From Eubacteriales bacterium (GTDB taxonomy: Bacteria > Bacillota > Clostridia > Oscillospirales > CAG-272), in NCBI GenBank assembly GCA_045591885.1, contig JAZNTT010000029.1, positions 1 through 56,650 on the forward strand: a stretch of 56,650 bases of DNA. The letters are read 5' to 3'. How positions within the stretch are numbered: position 1 is the first letter of the stretch; each line of letters begins with the position of its first letter. The notes under the pieces were generated by a model, which did not search any database, was not told the DNA's origin, and saw only the letters and a program-made list of their open reading frames with translations. The translations under genes and the position numbers were made by a program. This document shows positions 18,588 through 28,593 of the stretch, in pieces.

Positions 18588-18663
18588 CTGTAAGAGTTCA
18601 TTACTATTTTTCGGCAGGCATGGGAATAATATTCGCGCCGGTGAAAATTTGATGCTCTTACAG
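18588..18663 (-). promoter_or_regulatory. Long irregular hairpin in the mazF 5' leader
   Basis: CTGTAAGAG/CTCTTACAG closing stem with inner TCA/TGA, ATTTT/AAAAT, CGGC/GCCG and GAAT/ATTC pairs; begins just after TTAACA-17-TAAAAT (18669-18697). Confidence 0.55.
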
Positions 18664-18753
18664 TAATTATTTTACGCGGAGAAAAGTATGATGTTAACGT
18701 ATTGATAATGAGAGACAAATGTTGTATAATAATGTATATGAAGCCGAAAGGAA

Positions 18754-19533
18754 ATGAAAATGGGCGGATTTGAAAAAACGGGCGCATTGCCGCTTTTAAC
18801 ATCGGATAACATAAGCTGCTCCCACGGATTCTCAACGCGTGAGGGCGGAATCAGCCACGGAAACGGACTTGACACGCTTGACCTCGGTATGGGAGCAGAA
18901 GAGGACGTAAAAGAAAACCGCCGCCGTTTTGCTTCGGCGTTTGGCAGCGATATTTCAAATATGTTCTCGGCAAAGCAGATACATTCGAACATCGTTGAAA
19001 TCGTAACCCAAAAAGACCTCGGACGGCATTTCGAATGTGACGGCTTCGTCACAAACGAGAAGGACCTGCTTCTGACCGTCAAGGTCGCGGACTGCGTTCC
19101 GATACTTCTTTACGATGATTCGGGCGTTATCGGCGCCGTTCACGCCGGCTGGCGCGGAACTGTCAGCGGCATCGCCGTAAACGCGGTGAAGAAAATGTTG
19201 TTACTCGGCGCGTCTGCCGAAAACATCAAGGCCGCGATAGGACCTTGTATTCACTCCTGCTGCTACGAGGTTGATATTCCATTCATCAACGCAGTCAAGG
19301 AAGCCGAGTACGGAAGCGAGCTTTTGCGCTTCATATCCCCCGCCGAAGCAGACGGGAAATTCTACGCGGATCTTCCGTCAATGAACAGACATCTGCTTCT
19401 TTCGGTCGGCATACCGTCCGAAAACGTAAACGTATGTGAAAGCTGCACGTCCTGTCACAGCGACGTGTTTTTCTCCCACCGCGCAAGCCACGGCAAACGC
19501 GGACTAATGATGGGAGGAATAATTCTTCAATAA
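18754..19533 (+). CDS. pgeF: PgeF/YfiH purine nucleoside phosphorylase (laccase-domain) family
   Basis: [41 protein letters not shown]. Confidence 0.93.
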   Translation: MKMGGFEKTGALPLLTSDNISCSHGFSTREGGISHGNGLDTLDLGMGAEEDVKENRRRFASAFGSDISNMFSAKQIHSNIVEIVTQKDLGRHFECDGFVTNEKDLLLTVKVADCVPILLYDDSGVIGAVHAGWRGTVSGIAVNAVKKMLLLGASAENIKAAIGPCIHSCCYEVDIPFINAVKEAEYGSELLRFISPAEADGKFYADLPSMNRHLLLSVGIPSENVNVCESCTSCHSDVFFSHRASHGKRGLMMGGIILQ

Positions 19534-19549
19534 GACAACACAAAACTTC

Positions 19550-19578
19550 TTGACAAATCAAGAAATTTATGCTAAAAT
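19550..19578 (+). promoter_or_regulatory. Sigma-A promoter
   Basis: TTGACA-17 nt-TAAAAT with extended -10 TG. Confidence 0.75.
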
Positions 19579-19585
19579 TACCGTA

Positions 19586-19712
19586 ACATAGGGAGTAGTT
19601 TGCGCGTAAGCGTGTCAAGCCAACCATCCCGCGGAATCTTTTTCCGATTGACTTGACTTAAAGAACGAGACTGTGTGCGGCGTTTCCGTGCATTGGCTCG
19701 TTATTTTTATTT
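19586..19712 (+). promoter_or_regulatory. yybP-ykoY (Mn2+) riboswitch with terminator expression platform
   Basis: ACATAG-GGAGTAG...GTCAAG..AA...CTTGAC...CGAGAC-TGTGT; alternative hairpin CGAG..TGTGCGG/CCGTGCA..CTCG plus T-run; upstream of a P-type ATPase, as in Lactococcus yoaB. Confidence 0.8.
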
Positions 19713-19755
19713 TGAAAATAATTACGTAAAAAAATCCGAAAGGAAAAAAATAAAA

Positions 19756-22410
19756 ATGAAGCATTACCTAACCGAAAAAGAAGAAGTGCTTTCAGCCCTG
19801 TCTTCCTCGCAAAACGGTCTGACGACAAGTGAAGTCGAGACCCGTCAAGCTCGTGACGGCAAGAACAAGCTTGCCGAGGGCAAGAAGATCACTCTCTTAC
19901 AGAGGATCATCTCTCAGCTTATCGACCCGATGGTGCTTGTGCTCATCGGCGCGGCGATAGTTTCGGCAATTACCGAGCTTTCGCTCCACCCCGATAAGCT
20001 CCCGACCGACGTATTCATCATTCTCGCGGTTGTCATTCTCAACACCGTTCTCGGCGTCGTTCAGGAAAGCAAAGCCGAAAAAGCCATTGATGCGCTGAAG
20101 GAAATGGCGGCGGCGACCTCAAAGGTCATCCGCGACGGCAAGCTTGTAACGGTACGAAGCGAGGATCTCGTTATCGGTGATATCGTCGTTCTCGAAGCGG
20201 GCGATGCCGTCCCTGCCGACGGACGAATACTCGAAAGCGCCAGCATGAAGATTGAAGAAGCAGCGCTGACGGGAGAAAGCGTTCCGTCCGACAAGGTCGA
20301 TCACGTTCTTACTGCCGCGGATAACGGCGACGTTCCGCTCGGCGACAGAAAGAACATGTGCTACATGGGAAGCGTCGTCGTTTACGGACGCGGAACAATG
20401 GTAGTAACCGGCATCGGTATGAACACCGAAATGGGTAAGATCGCAACCGCGATCACCGAGGCAGAGGAAGGCGAAACTCCCCTTCAAAAGAAGCTTTCCC
20501 AGCTTTCGAAGATTCTCACCTGGCTTGTACTCGGTATCTGCGTATTCATGTTCGGCTTCACGCTGTTCATGAACAGAGATATTCTTTCTTCCGATCATGC
20601 TTTCAAGGTAATCCTTGAAGACGCATTTATGCCCGCAGTATCGCTTGCGGTTGCGGCTATTCCCGAGGGACTTGCAGCAGTCGTTACCATCGTTCTTTCG
20701 ATGGGCGTTACCAAGATGTCGAAGCAAAATGCAATTATTCGCCGTCTTACCGCAGTTGAGACACTCGGATGCACTCAGATAATCTGCTCCGATAAGACCG
20801 GTACTCTTACTCAGAACAAGATGACCGTCGTTGACAGCTGGGGAAGCGACAACAATCTCCTCGCTATCGGTATGGCACTCTGCTCCGATGCAAGCCCCGA
20901 CGAAACGGGCGAGGCAGTCGGCGAGCCGACCGAATGTGCACTCGTCAACTACGCAACGAAGCTCGGCCTTCACAAGAATGAGATCGAAAAGACCTCTCCC
21001 CGTGTAGGCGAGGCTCCCTTCGATTCGGGCAGAAAGATGATGTCTACCGTTCATAACGATAACGGTAACATAATTCAGTACACCAAGGGCGCTCCCGACG
21101 AGCTTCTTGCGCGTTGCACCAAGATCCTCGTGAACGGAAGCGAGGTTGCCCTTACCGATGCATACAAGGCAGAGATCCTTTCTAAGAACACAGAGTTCGC
21201 TTCTCAGGCACTCCGCGTTCTCGCCTGTGCATACAAGAAGCATCCTTCGATGCCGAGCGACTGCTCGCCCGCCGCTCTTGAAAATGACCTCGTATTCATC
21301 GGACTTGTCGGAATGATAGACCCCGTTCGTCCCGAGGTAACCGAGGCAGTTAAGCAGTGCGTGCTTGCAGGCGTCCGCCCGATAATGATAACGGGTGACC
21401 ATAAGGACACCGCCGTCGCTATCGCAAAGACTCTCGGAATCATCTCCGACGCGTCCGAGGCAATAACGGGTGCCGAGATCGACAAGTACACCGACGAGGA
21501 ATTTGACGAAGCAGTAACGAAGTATTCGGTCTACGCACGCGTTCAGCCCGAGCATAAGACGAGAATAGTCAACGCTTGGCGTAAACGCGGAATGGTAACC
21601 GCAATGAGGGGCGACGGCGTAAACGACGCGCCCTCGATAAAGAGTGCCGATATCGGTATCGGCATGGGTATAACGGGAACCGACGTCACTAAGAATGTCG
21701 CAGATATGATCCTCGCCGACGATAACTTCGCAACTATCGTCTCCGCAGTTGCCGAGGGTAGAAGAATCTACGATAACATCACGAAGTGTATCCAGTTCCT
21801 CCTTTCCTCCAACCTTTCCGAGGTAATAAGCGTATTTACAGCTACCCTCTGCGGATTTACGATTCTCAAAGCACCGCACCTCCTCTTTATTAACCTCGTA
21901 ACCGACTCTGTCCCCGCTCTCGCGCTCGGAACTGAAAAGGCAGAGCCCGACATCATGACCCGCAAGCCGCGTAAGAGCAACGAAGGCATATTTGCAGGCG
22001 GCATGGGCTTCAACATCGCATATCAGGGCGTTATGATATCGCTCATCACCCTCGCCGCGTACTTCATCGGACATTTCATGGAAAGCGGCAGATGGGAGAT
22101 CGCACAGAGCCCCGACGGTATGACGATGGCGTTCCTCGCTATGTCGATGGCTGAGATATTCCACTCCTACAACCTCCGTTCGCACGGCTCGATCTTCAAG
22201 CTCAAGAGTCACAACATGATCCTCTGGGGATCGATGGTAGTGTCGCTCATTCTCACAAGTGCTCTCATCTTCATTCCCGCACTCAGCGATCTGTTCGGAT
22301 TCTCTCACATCAATTTCACCGAATATGCAGTTGCTCTCGGTCTTGCAATTTCGACCATTCCGATCGTCGAGATCGTCAAGCTCTGCACAAAGCATAAGAC
22401 ACAGGAATAA
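19756..22410 (+). CDS. Cation-translocating P-type ATPase (type IIA, Ca2+/Mn2+)
   Basis: LTGES, AIPEGL, CSDKTGTLT, KGAPD, MITGDH, (R)GDGVNDAP, INLVTD. Confidence 0.95.
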   Translation: MKHYLTEKEEVLSALSSSQNGLTTSEVETRQARDGKNKLAEGKKITLLQRIISQLIDPMVLVLIGAAIVSAITELSLHPDKLPTDVFIILAVVILNTVLGVVQESKAEKAIDALKEMAAATSKVIRDGKLVTVRSEDLVIGDIVVLEAGDAVPADGRILESASMKIEEAALTGESVPSDKVDHVLTAADNGDVPLGDRKNMCYMGSVVVYGRGTMVVTGIGMNTEMGKIATAITEAEEGETPLQKKLSQLSKILTWLVLGICVFMFGFTLFMNRDILSSDHAFKVILEDAFMPAVSLAVAAIPEGLAAVVTIVLSMGVTKMSKQNAIIRRLTAVETLGCTQIICSDKTGTLTQNKMTVVDSWGSDNNLLAIGMALCSDASPDETGEAVGEPTECALVNYATKLGLHKNEIEKTSPRVGEAPFDSGRKMMSTVHNDNGNIIQYTKGAPDELLARCTKILVNGSEVALTDAYKAEILSKNTEFASQALRVLACAYKKHPSMPSDCSPAALENDLVFIGLVGMIDPVRPEVTEAVKQCVLAGVRPIMITGDHKDTAVAIAKTLGIISDASEAITGAEIDKYTDEEFDEAVTKYSVYARVQPEHKTRIVNAWRKRGMVTAMRGDGVNDAPSIKSADIGIGMGITGTDVTKNVADMILADDNFATIVSAVAEGRRIYDNITKCIQFLLSSNLSEVISVFTATLCGFTILKAPHLLFINLVTDSVPALALGTEKAEPDIMTRKPRKSNEGIFAGGMGFNIAYQGVMISLITLAAYFIGHFMESGRWEIAQSPDGMTMAFLAMSMAEIFHSYNLRSHGSIFKLKSHNMILWGSMVVSLILTSALIFIPALSDLFGFSHINFTEYAVALGLAISTIPIVEIVKLCTKHKTQE

Positions 22411-22413
22411 TAT

Positions 22414-22444
22414 AAAATCGGCACCCGACGGGTGCCGATTTTTT
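22414..22444. terminator. Bidirectional intrinsic terminator
   Basis: AAAATCGGCACCCG-A-CGGGTGCCGATTTT. Confidence 0.9.
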
Positions 22445-22460
22445 CATAGACAAAAAGACC

Positions 22461-23147
22461 TTACGGTCTTTTTTTGTTTTTTAAAGCCTTATTCACTACG
22501 ATAAGACCGCCGCCGAGAAGCGCAGTAACAAGCACGATCATGATGAGAGTAAATTCCCAGGTGTCGGTAAACGAGGTCGGGATATTGTACTTTTTCGCGT
22601 GTGCCTTTGCAACATCGTTTCCGTTCAGCTCAAAGCGGAGCCGCTCACAGCCCATAAATGCATCTGTGCCAATGCTTTCAAGTCCTTTCGGTATCTTTAC
22701 CGTACCGAGCATCGTACAGCCCTCAAAGGCATAATCGTCGATGCTTTCAAGGTTAGACGGAAGCTTGAGCATCAAAAGCGCCTTGCAGTCACGGAACGCC
22801 GAACGGCCAATGGAAATTCCGCCCTTAATGACAACCTTGGTCAGATTCGGGCATTCGGCAAAGGCGTATTCTCCTATTGACGTTATGCTCTTCGGAATAC
22901 GAACCTCGGTTATTACCCTGTCGCCGCGGCAGACCTGCGCCGCAATACGCTTAACGGGAAGTCCGTCTATCTTTTCGGGAATATCCATAACCGTCCCCGC
23001 CGCGTTGAAACCCTCAATGACGACCTCACCATTCTCTACCGTGTACAGTATACCGCCGTCAGTCTCAAGCATTTCCGCTCCCGCGGTTATCGGGAAGCAA
23101 ATAAGCACCAAAATAAATGTAAAAAACACAGAAAATATTTTCTTCAT
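22461..23147 (-). CDS. BspA-type leucine-rich repeat surface protein
   Basis: Signal peptide, repeated IP.SI.SIG..AF..C..L, C-terminal TM and basic tail. Confidence 0.88.
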   Translation of the reverse strand: MKKIFSVFFTFILVLICFPITAGAEMLETDGGILYTVENGEVVIEGFNAAGTVMDIPEKIDGLPVKRIAAQVCRGDRVITEVRIPKSITSIGEYAFAECPNLTKVVIKGGISIGRSAFRDCKALLMLKLPSNLESIDDYAFEGCTMLGTVKIPKGLESIGTDAFMGCERLRFELNGNDVAKAHAKKYNIPTSFTDTWEFTLIMIVLVTALLGGGLIVVNKALKNKKRP

Positions 23148-23352
23148 AAAAATCTCCGAAACATTCGTTATGTTCATTTTACCACATTATCCGCCCAATA
23201 ACAACACCGTGACCGATAATTTACAAAAAAGTCTTTATTTGCCTCCGAATAAATTATTTCTCGCCCCCACGCACCGACCGATTTTTCAGAGCGAAGAGAA
23301 TATAATAAAACCGAAGCACACTCCCAAAGAATTTCAAACGCTCGCGCAAAAA

Positions 23353-23496
23353 GAAAGGGGTTTCCAAAGGGGAAAACGTATGTAGAATTTTGCGAAGGCA
23401 AAATTCAAACCCGTTGTCCACTTGGTGCCGTTCTTTGGTGTAGATTTTCAAAGCAAAACTACTCATTTCATTCGGCAAGCGAGAAAGGTGAGAGAA
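23353..23496 (+). repeat. Structured intergenic repeat (about 120-145 bp), copy 1
   Basis: Shares CAAAGGGGAAAACGT, TTTGCGAAGGCAAA, CTTGGTGCCGT.CTTTGGT and GGCAAGC.AGAAAGGTGAGA with 54672-54790. Confidence 0.85.
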
Positions 23497-23503
23497 AAAC
23501 ACT

Positions 23504-24346
23504 ATGCAAACTCTTTACGCCGACATACTGTTTCTCATAAACTTCACGATGGACTTCCTCACCCTTTTCGTCACAGCCTCGATTATGCACCGCAAAGTAT
23601 CAGTGCTTCGTCTAAGCATTGCCTCTGCCATTGGCGGCATCTACGGTGTAGTATCGGTGTTTATGCAAGGGATACTGATTATTAACATCTTTATAAACCT
23701 TGCCGTTTCATATCTCATGTGCCTTATTGCCTTCGTCAAGAAGACATTTCCATGCTACGCGCTTTTCTACGGAACGGGATGTCTGCTCGGCGGCGCGATG
23801 ACGGCGTTCTTCACCTTTATGAACGGCATTGATTCCGTTTCCACGGAGAGCTCCGCTACTCCCGGAAAAATACCGCTCGGTTGGATGGCATTAAGCGCTG
23901 CCGTAATCGGTGCTTCTGCCATCGCGGGCGGACGAATGGCGAAAAGAAAGCGTTCGCTTCGTCCCTGCCGACTTGCAATAGTAACTGTAAAAGGGGCTTT
24001 CGTTTTTGATGCGATGACAGACACGGGAAATATGCTCACAGACCCGATGAGCGGCAAGCCCGTCGTTATCCTGCAAAAAAAGAGCTTTTTCTCCGTTATA
24101 CCCGACGCCATTATACCAATATTTGAAAATAGCGACCCCAAGGAGCTTACAAGTCTCAGCCCGGAGCTTTTGACATCGGTCAGGCTGATACCGTCGGTCT
24201 CGGTCGGGGGAGAAAAACTGCTGTTTGCTTACGCGCCCAAGAAAATGACAGTCGACGGTGCCGAGGTATCTGCCCTTATCGCGATAGGCGACGAAAACGG
24301 CTACGGCGGATACTCTGCACTTGTGCCCGAAATTCTCACAAATTGA
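23504..24346 (+). CDS. spoIIGA: Sigma-E processing peptidase
   Basis: YAD.LFLINF.MDF, five TM helices, DTGN.L.DP.SG.PV aspartic protease motif; directly before sigE. Confidence 0.92.
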   Translation: MQTLYADILFLINFTMDFLTLFVTASIMHRKVSVLRLSIASAIGGIYGVVSVFMQGILIINIFINLAVSYLMCLIAFVKKTFPCYALFYGTGCLLGGAMTAFFTFMNGIDSVSTESSATPGKIPLGWMALSAAVIGASAIAGGRMAKRKRSLRPCRLAIVTVKGAFVFDAMTDTGNMLTDPMSGKPVVILQKKSFFSVIPDAIIPIFENSDPKELTSLSPELLTSVRLIPSVSVGGEKLLFAYAPKKMTVDGAEVSALIAIGDENGYGGYSALVPEILTN

Positions 24347-24356
24347 GGTGAACATT

Positions 24357-25058
24357 ATGAAGATCTTCTCTATCGTCAAAGAAGCCCTCAGGCGGCTTTT
24401 GAAAAGAAAAAACGGAGTTTATTACATAAACGGCCCCGAAACCCTCCCTCCTCCCCTCTCCCACGAGGAGGAGGCAGATATAATCTCGCGGCTGTCGAGT
24501 GAGCCGTCACTCCGCTCGGTGCTTGTTGAAAGGAATCTGCGCCTCGTCGTATATATCGCAAAGAAATTCGAAAATACAGGCACGGGAATCGAAGACCTCA
24601 TTTCGATAGGCACGATCGGACTTATCAAAGCAATAAACACCTTCAACGCCGAAAAGAACATCAAGCTCGCAACCTATGCCTCGCGCTGTATTGAAAACGA
24701 AATTCTCATGTACATAAGAAAGACCTCACGCACACGCCTTGAGATGTCAATAGACGAGCCGCTCAATACCGACTGGGACGGAAACGAGCTTCTGCTCTCC
24801 GACGTTCTCGGCGGAGACGAGGACACAGTATACCGCAATATGGAGGTGGGTGAGGACAAAAAGACGATAGAGGAAGCTCTAAGCAAGCTATCCGAGCGCG
24901 AGCAGACTATAATCCGACTGCGATTCGGAATGGACGGCAAGGATGAACTGACACAAAAGGAGGTCGCAGACCTGCTCGGCATATCGCAATCGTACATTTC
25001 CCGCCTCGAAAAGAAAATAATATCGCGCCTCCGCAAGGAAATAGAGACAAAGATATAG
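24357..25058 (+). CDS. sigE: RNA polymerase sporulation sigma factor SigE (pro-form)
   Basis: [56 protein letters not shown]. Confidence 0.96.
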   Translation: MKIFSIVKEALRRLLKRKNGVYYINGPETLPPPLSHEEEADIISRLSSEPSLRSVLVERNLRLVVYIAKKFENTGTGIEDLISIGTIGLIKAINTFNAEKNIKLATYASRCIENEILMYIRKTSRTRLEMSIDEPLNTDWDGNELLLSDVLGGDEDTVYRNMEVGEDKKTIEEALSKLSEREQTIIRLRFGMDGKDELTQKEVADLLGISQSYISRLEKKIISRLRKEIETKI

Positions 25059-25133
25059 TAGCGAAGAAAGCTCCCTTTCATAAACTGTATAGTGGGGTAC
25101 ACCCTAACTGTTTATAAGAAAGGAAGTAACAGT

Positions 25134-25997
25134 ATGACTGAAAAAACCGTTCTTCTGATCGGTGGCGATCTTCGTCAGCTCCACGCCGGAGATGAGCTTG
25201 CGAACAACGGGTACAAGGTATCACATTTCGCCCTCGACACCTATAAAGAAAGCTGTGAGCTTTCACCTTCTTTAAAGAACGCAGACGCGATCCTTCTCCC
25301 CGTTCCTGTTGCTCGGGGCGAATACATGAATTTTCCGCTTTCAAGCGCAAAGCTATCTCCCCGCGTACTCGCTTCGGAAATTGTTAAAAGCGCAAACTCA
25401 AGCTCCATAGTATTCGGCGGAAAATTTCCGCCCGACATGGCAGCGATTTTTGATAAAAACGGCATACGATACCACGATCTCTGCGAAAACGAGACCTTTA
25501 ATTATCTCAATGCCGTTCCGACCGCAGAGGGTGCTATCGCTCTTGCGATGGGCAACACGCCCGTGACTCTCGACGGAAGTAAATGTCTCGTTCTCGGCTA
25601 CGGAAGGATCGGAAAGGCCCTTTCCCGACGCCTCAAAGCACTCGGAGCCGCCGTTACCGTTGCTGCCCGAAAAGAAAGGGACCGCGCAGAAGCGGCAAGC
25701 GAGGGAATGATTTCCCTTGACTATCCCAATCTATGCTCTGTGATCGGAAGCATAGATGCCGCATTTAACACTGTGCCAACAACCGTACTAAACGAAGAAG
25801 CGCTTTCGCACCTCAGCGACGGAGTTCCAGTAATTGAGCTTGCATCAAAGCCGGGCGGCATTGATCCTGTCGGCGCGATCCGTCACGGCACACGCGTCAT
25901 TTCCGCTCAAAGTCTGCCCGGACGCGTTGCTCCGGTTACGGCGGGAAAAATAATCGCACGCTGTATTCTCGACAAAATGTCGGGAGGCGGAACATGA
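25134..25997 (+). CDS. dpaA: Dipicolinate synthase subunit A
   Basis: IGGDLRQ, NAVPTAEGA, GYGRIG, FNTVP, ELASKPGG, LPGRVAP.TAG. Confidence 0.92.
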   Translation: MTEKTVLLIGGDLRQLHAGDELANNGYKVSHFALDTYKESCELSPSLKNADAILLPVPVARGEYMNFPLSSAKLSPRVLASEIVKSANSSSIVFGGKFPPDMAAIFDKNGIRYHDLCENETFNYLNAVPTAEGAIALAMGNTPVTLDGSKCLVLGYGRIGKALSRRLKALGAAVTVAARKERDRAEAASEGMISLDYPNLCSVIGSIDAAFNTVPTTVLNEEALSHLSDGVPVIELASKPGGIDPVGAIRHGTRVISAQSLPGRVAPVTAGKIIARCILDKMSGGGT

Positions 25998-26551
25998 TAG
26001 GATACGCCTTCTGCGGCTCGTTCTGCACGTTTGACCGCTCAATATCGGTCTTGAAGAAGCTCGCTCACGACTATGACGTTCTCCCGATAATGAGCCATAA
26101 CGCCGCCTCAACCGACACGCGCTTCGGCAAAAGCGCGGATTTTATAAATACAATAACCGATATATGCCGCCGCGAGCCGGTTTTGACGATAAAGGATGCT
26201 GAGCCGCTCGGCCCTTCGCGTCCCCTTGATGCGCTCGTAATCGCACCCTGCACGGGTAATACACTTGCAAAGCTTGCATGCGGCATCACTGACACCCCGG
26301 TCACAATGGCAGCAAAAGCACATCTCCGCCAAAGCAGACCGCTTCTCATCTCACTTGCAACAAACGACGCAATGTCGGCAAACCTCAAAAACATCTCGAC
26401 CATGCTCGAAAAGAAGGGCGTGTTCTTCGTCCCGATGAAACAGGACGATTGCCTTAAAAAGCCGCACTCTCTCGTTTCTGAATTTGAAATGATACCCGAG
26501 TGTCTTGTTTCTGCGCTGAACGGAAAACAAGAAAGGCCTCTCTTTATATAA
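25994..26551 (+). CDS. dpaB: Dipicolinate synthase subunit B
   Basis: CGSFCT, TDTRFG, AEP.GP, IAPCTGNTLAKL, KAHLR, QDD..KKP.SL. Confidence 0.95.
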   Translation: MIGYAFCGSFCTFDRSISVLKKLAHDYDVLPIMSHNAASTDTRFGKSADFINTITDICRREPVLTIKDAEPLGPSRPLDALVIAPCTGNTLAKLACGITDTPVTMAAKAHLRQSRPLLISLATNDAMSANLKNISTMLEKKGVFFVPMKQDDCLKKPHSLVSEFEMIPECLVSALNGKQERPLFI

Positions 26552-26583
26552 AAATCAGGCGATCACTCGCCTGATTTTCTTTT
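26551..26583. terminator. Bidirectional intrinsic terminator
   Basis: AAAATCAGGCGA-TCAC-TCGCCTGATTTT. Confidence 0.85.
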
Positions 26584-28573
26584 ATCTTCTGTAATTGTTT
26601 CTGTTCTGAGCACTTCTGCTCTGGGCACTTCTGCTCTGTCCGTTTCTATTCTGTCCGTTTTTTGCCTGATTCGTTCTCGAACGAGATCTGCGGCGGCGAT
26701 TCCTGCGGCTTTCAACGTAGACCGCGCCGATAATAAAGACCACGATAACGAAAAGTACCGCGATAATCGCAAAGAGGAATATCTTTCCGAGATCTACAAC
26801 ACCGCCGAGAGCGTTGCTCTTTCTTCTCTCGGTCGTAACGGGAGGATCCGTCACGGGCTTGGTATCCTCGGGAGTGGTGTCAGGAGCAACGGTCGTCGTA
26901 CCGCCACTCATCATTTCAAGATATTCGGCATAAGTAACCTGATCCAACTCCGTCTCTCCGCAAACGCCGCAAACACGCTCGCGGACGCCGTCTATGTTAA
27001 CGGTCGGAACGCTTCCGCCCTTCCAATACCATTCGCCGAAATCATGCTCTCCGGTCGCGGGAATCGGCGTATTCTCAACAGCAACACCGCACAATGTACA
27101 TACAACCTTGTCGAATCCATCCTTGCCGCAGGTAGCATCCTGATGCTCGGGAGTTGTCGTTGCATGCTCGCACTGACCGCTCTTGACCGCAAGGATCATT
27201 TCCTCGGTTGCGGTAAGAGAGCCACAGGTAACCGTAATGCTCTTTTCATTGAGCGAAAGGATCGCGTCTGCACCGTGCTTAGGCGAAACTGTAATCCCAT
27301 ACTGCCCAAATTTATCCTTGCCGATCTTCGTGTCAGAGGCAACCGCGAAATCAACGGTTATCTCCATCTTCGAAAGGTCGATTGTCTCGCCCTCGGTATA
27401 AGACAGCGTCGGCTTTTTGGTGACCGAAATTCCGACTATTCCGTCGGGAGTCACTGCAACCTTACCCGACTCATCGGACGAATAATTGCCCGTTTCGGTA
27501 TTGCCGAGAGACGATGAGCTTGCGGTAACCGTTGCGTTATACTTTGTTCCGAATTCAAGGTCCTTAATAGTTCCCTGAAGCTTCGACGAGGTAATATCCT
27601 CGCCGACGGGGTTGCCGTCTTTATCGTATATCTTGATTATATATGTACCGACAGTGTCATCGGGGTTTTCATCGGTTATCTTATAGCTTACAGTACCCGC
27701 GATCTTGTCAACAGTGAGCGCGATGCTCGGTGTAAGAAGCTTTCCTCTGTAATTACAGGGGCTTGACGTGGCCGCGTCACTATCCTTGTAAAGGTCGCTG
27801 TTCGACTTTGCAACGACCGTAAAGCTGTATTCGCCGCCGAAGTTGCTTGTAATAAGCGTCGACAGATCGTAGCTCGTACCTGTTGCAGTAAGCGGCTTGC
27901 CAAGCGGCTCCTCATCCTTATATACCTGAATTACGTAAGAATCCGCGTTTTCAACAGCGTTCCACTTTGCCTTGTAGTTATCGTCCTTGTCAATTACAAG
28001 ACCGTCGGGCTTATCGAGCTTCTTTATAAGAGAAACGTCAAGAGAGCCGCAAGTAACATTTGAGACAAGTTCAAGATTAGCGGCTCCGCCCTCGGTTTCG
28101 GAACCGATATAGATCTCCTTACCACTTCCCTCTACAGCATCCGCCTTGACCTTTATCGAAATTTTAAACTTCAAAACTCCGTTTTCGGTAATAGCAGGAT
28201 TCTTTCCGGTAACAGAATCCTCTTCACTTGACGCTTCGATTTTGATGGTTCCGTCGGACTGTTTTGCAAACGATTCCCATTTTCCGTTTGTAATCTCGGG
28301 CATCGTTACGGTAATACTCGACGCATCGAAAAAGGCGGTGTCATACTTAACGAAAATGGTAAGACTTGCAATGCCGCTGGCATAATCGTCAGGATCTGAC
28401 GACGGGATATTGATGTCCTTGACCTCAACTGTATATTCTACGGTATCACCTGCCGCCACCGCAGTTGCGCCGCTGACATCCACTTTAAAGCTCGGCTCTG
28501 CGCCCAAAATCCGGAATGCGAAAAGAATCGAAGCAAGCATCACCGAAAGAAATAAAACTAATATCTTCTTCAT
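26582..28573 (-). CDS. Membrane-anchored surface protein: cohesin-like, FN3-like x2, Ig-like, Cys/His repeats, Thr linker, TM, basic tail
   Basis: AGDTVEYTV...GIASL...KYD (cohesin-like); W.AVENADSY (FN3-like); ISVTKKPTLSYTEGETIDL (Ig-like); ATC..DG....C..CG...H.FG.W; C-terminal TM then RRNRRRRSR. Confidence 0.75.
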   Translation of the reverse strand: MKKILVLFLSVMLASILFAFRILGAEPSFKVDVSGATAVAAGDTVEYTVEVKDINIPSSDPDDYASGIASLTIFVKYDTAFFDASSITVTMPEITNGKWESFAKQSDGTIKIEASSEEDSVTGKNPAITENGVLKFKISIKVKADAVEGSGKEIYIGSETEGGAANLELVSNVTCGSLDVSLIKKLDKPDGLVIDKDDNYKAKWNAVENADSYVIQVYKDEEPLGKPLTATGTSYDLSTLITSNFGGEYSFTVVAKSNSDLYKDSDAATSSPCNYRGKLLTPSIALTVDKIAGTVSYKITDENPDDTVGTYIIKIYDKDGNPVGEDITSSKLQGTIKDLEFGTKYNATVTASSSSLGNTETGNYSSDESGKVAVTPDGIVGISVTKKPTLSYTEGETIDLSKMEITVDFAVASDTKIGKDKFGQYGITVSPKHGADAILSLNEKSITVTCGSLTATEEMILAVKSGQCEHATTTPEHQDATCGKDGFDKVVCTLCGVAVENTPIPATGEHDFGEWYWKGGSVPTVNIDGVRERVCGVCGETELDQVTYAEYLEMMSGGTTTVAPDTTPEDTKPVTDPPVTTERRKSNALGGVVDLGKIFLFAIIAVLFVIVVFIIGAVYVESRRNRRRRSRSRTNQAKNGQNRNGQSRSAQSRSAQNRNNYRR

Positions 28574-28593
28574 ATTTTTTCCTCTTATTGCGT

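Noticed and set aside
20119-22395. 758-aa antisense ORF
   Set aside because: Shadow of the P-type ATPase; consistent with codon bias on the sense strand; no motifs or RBS
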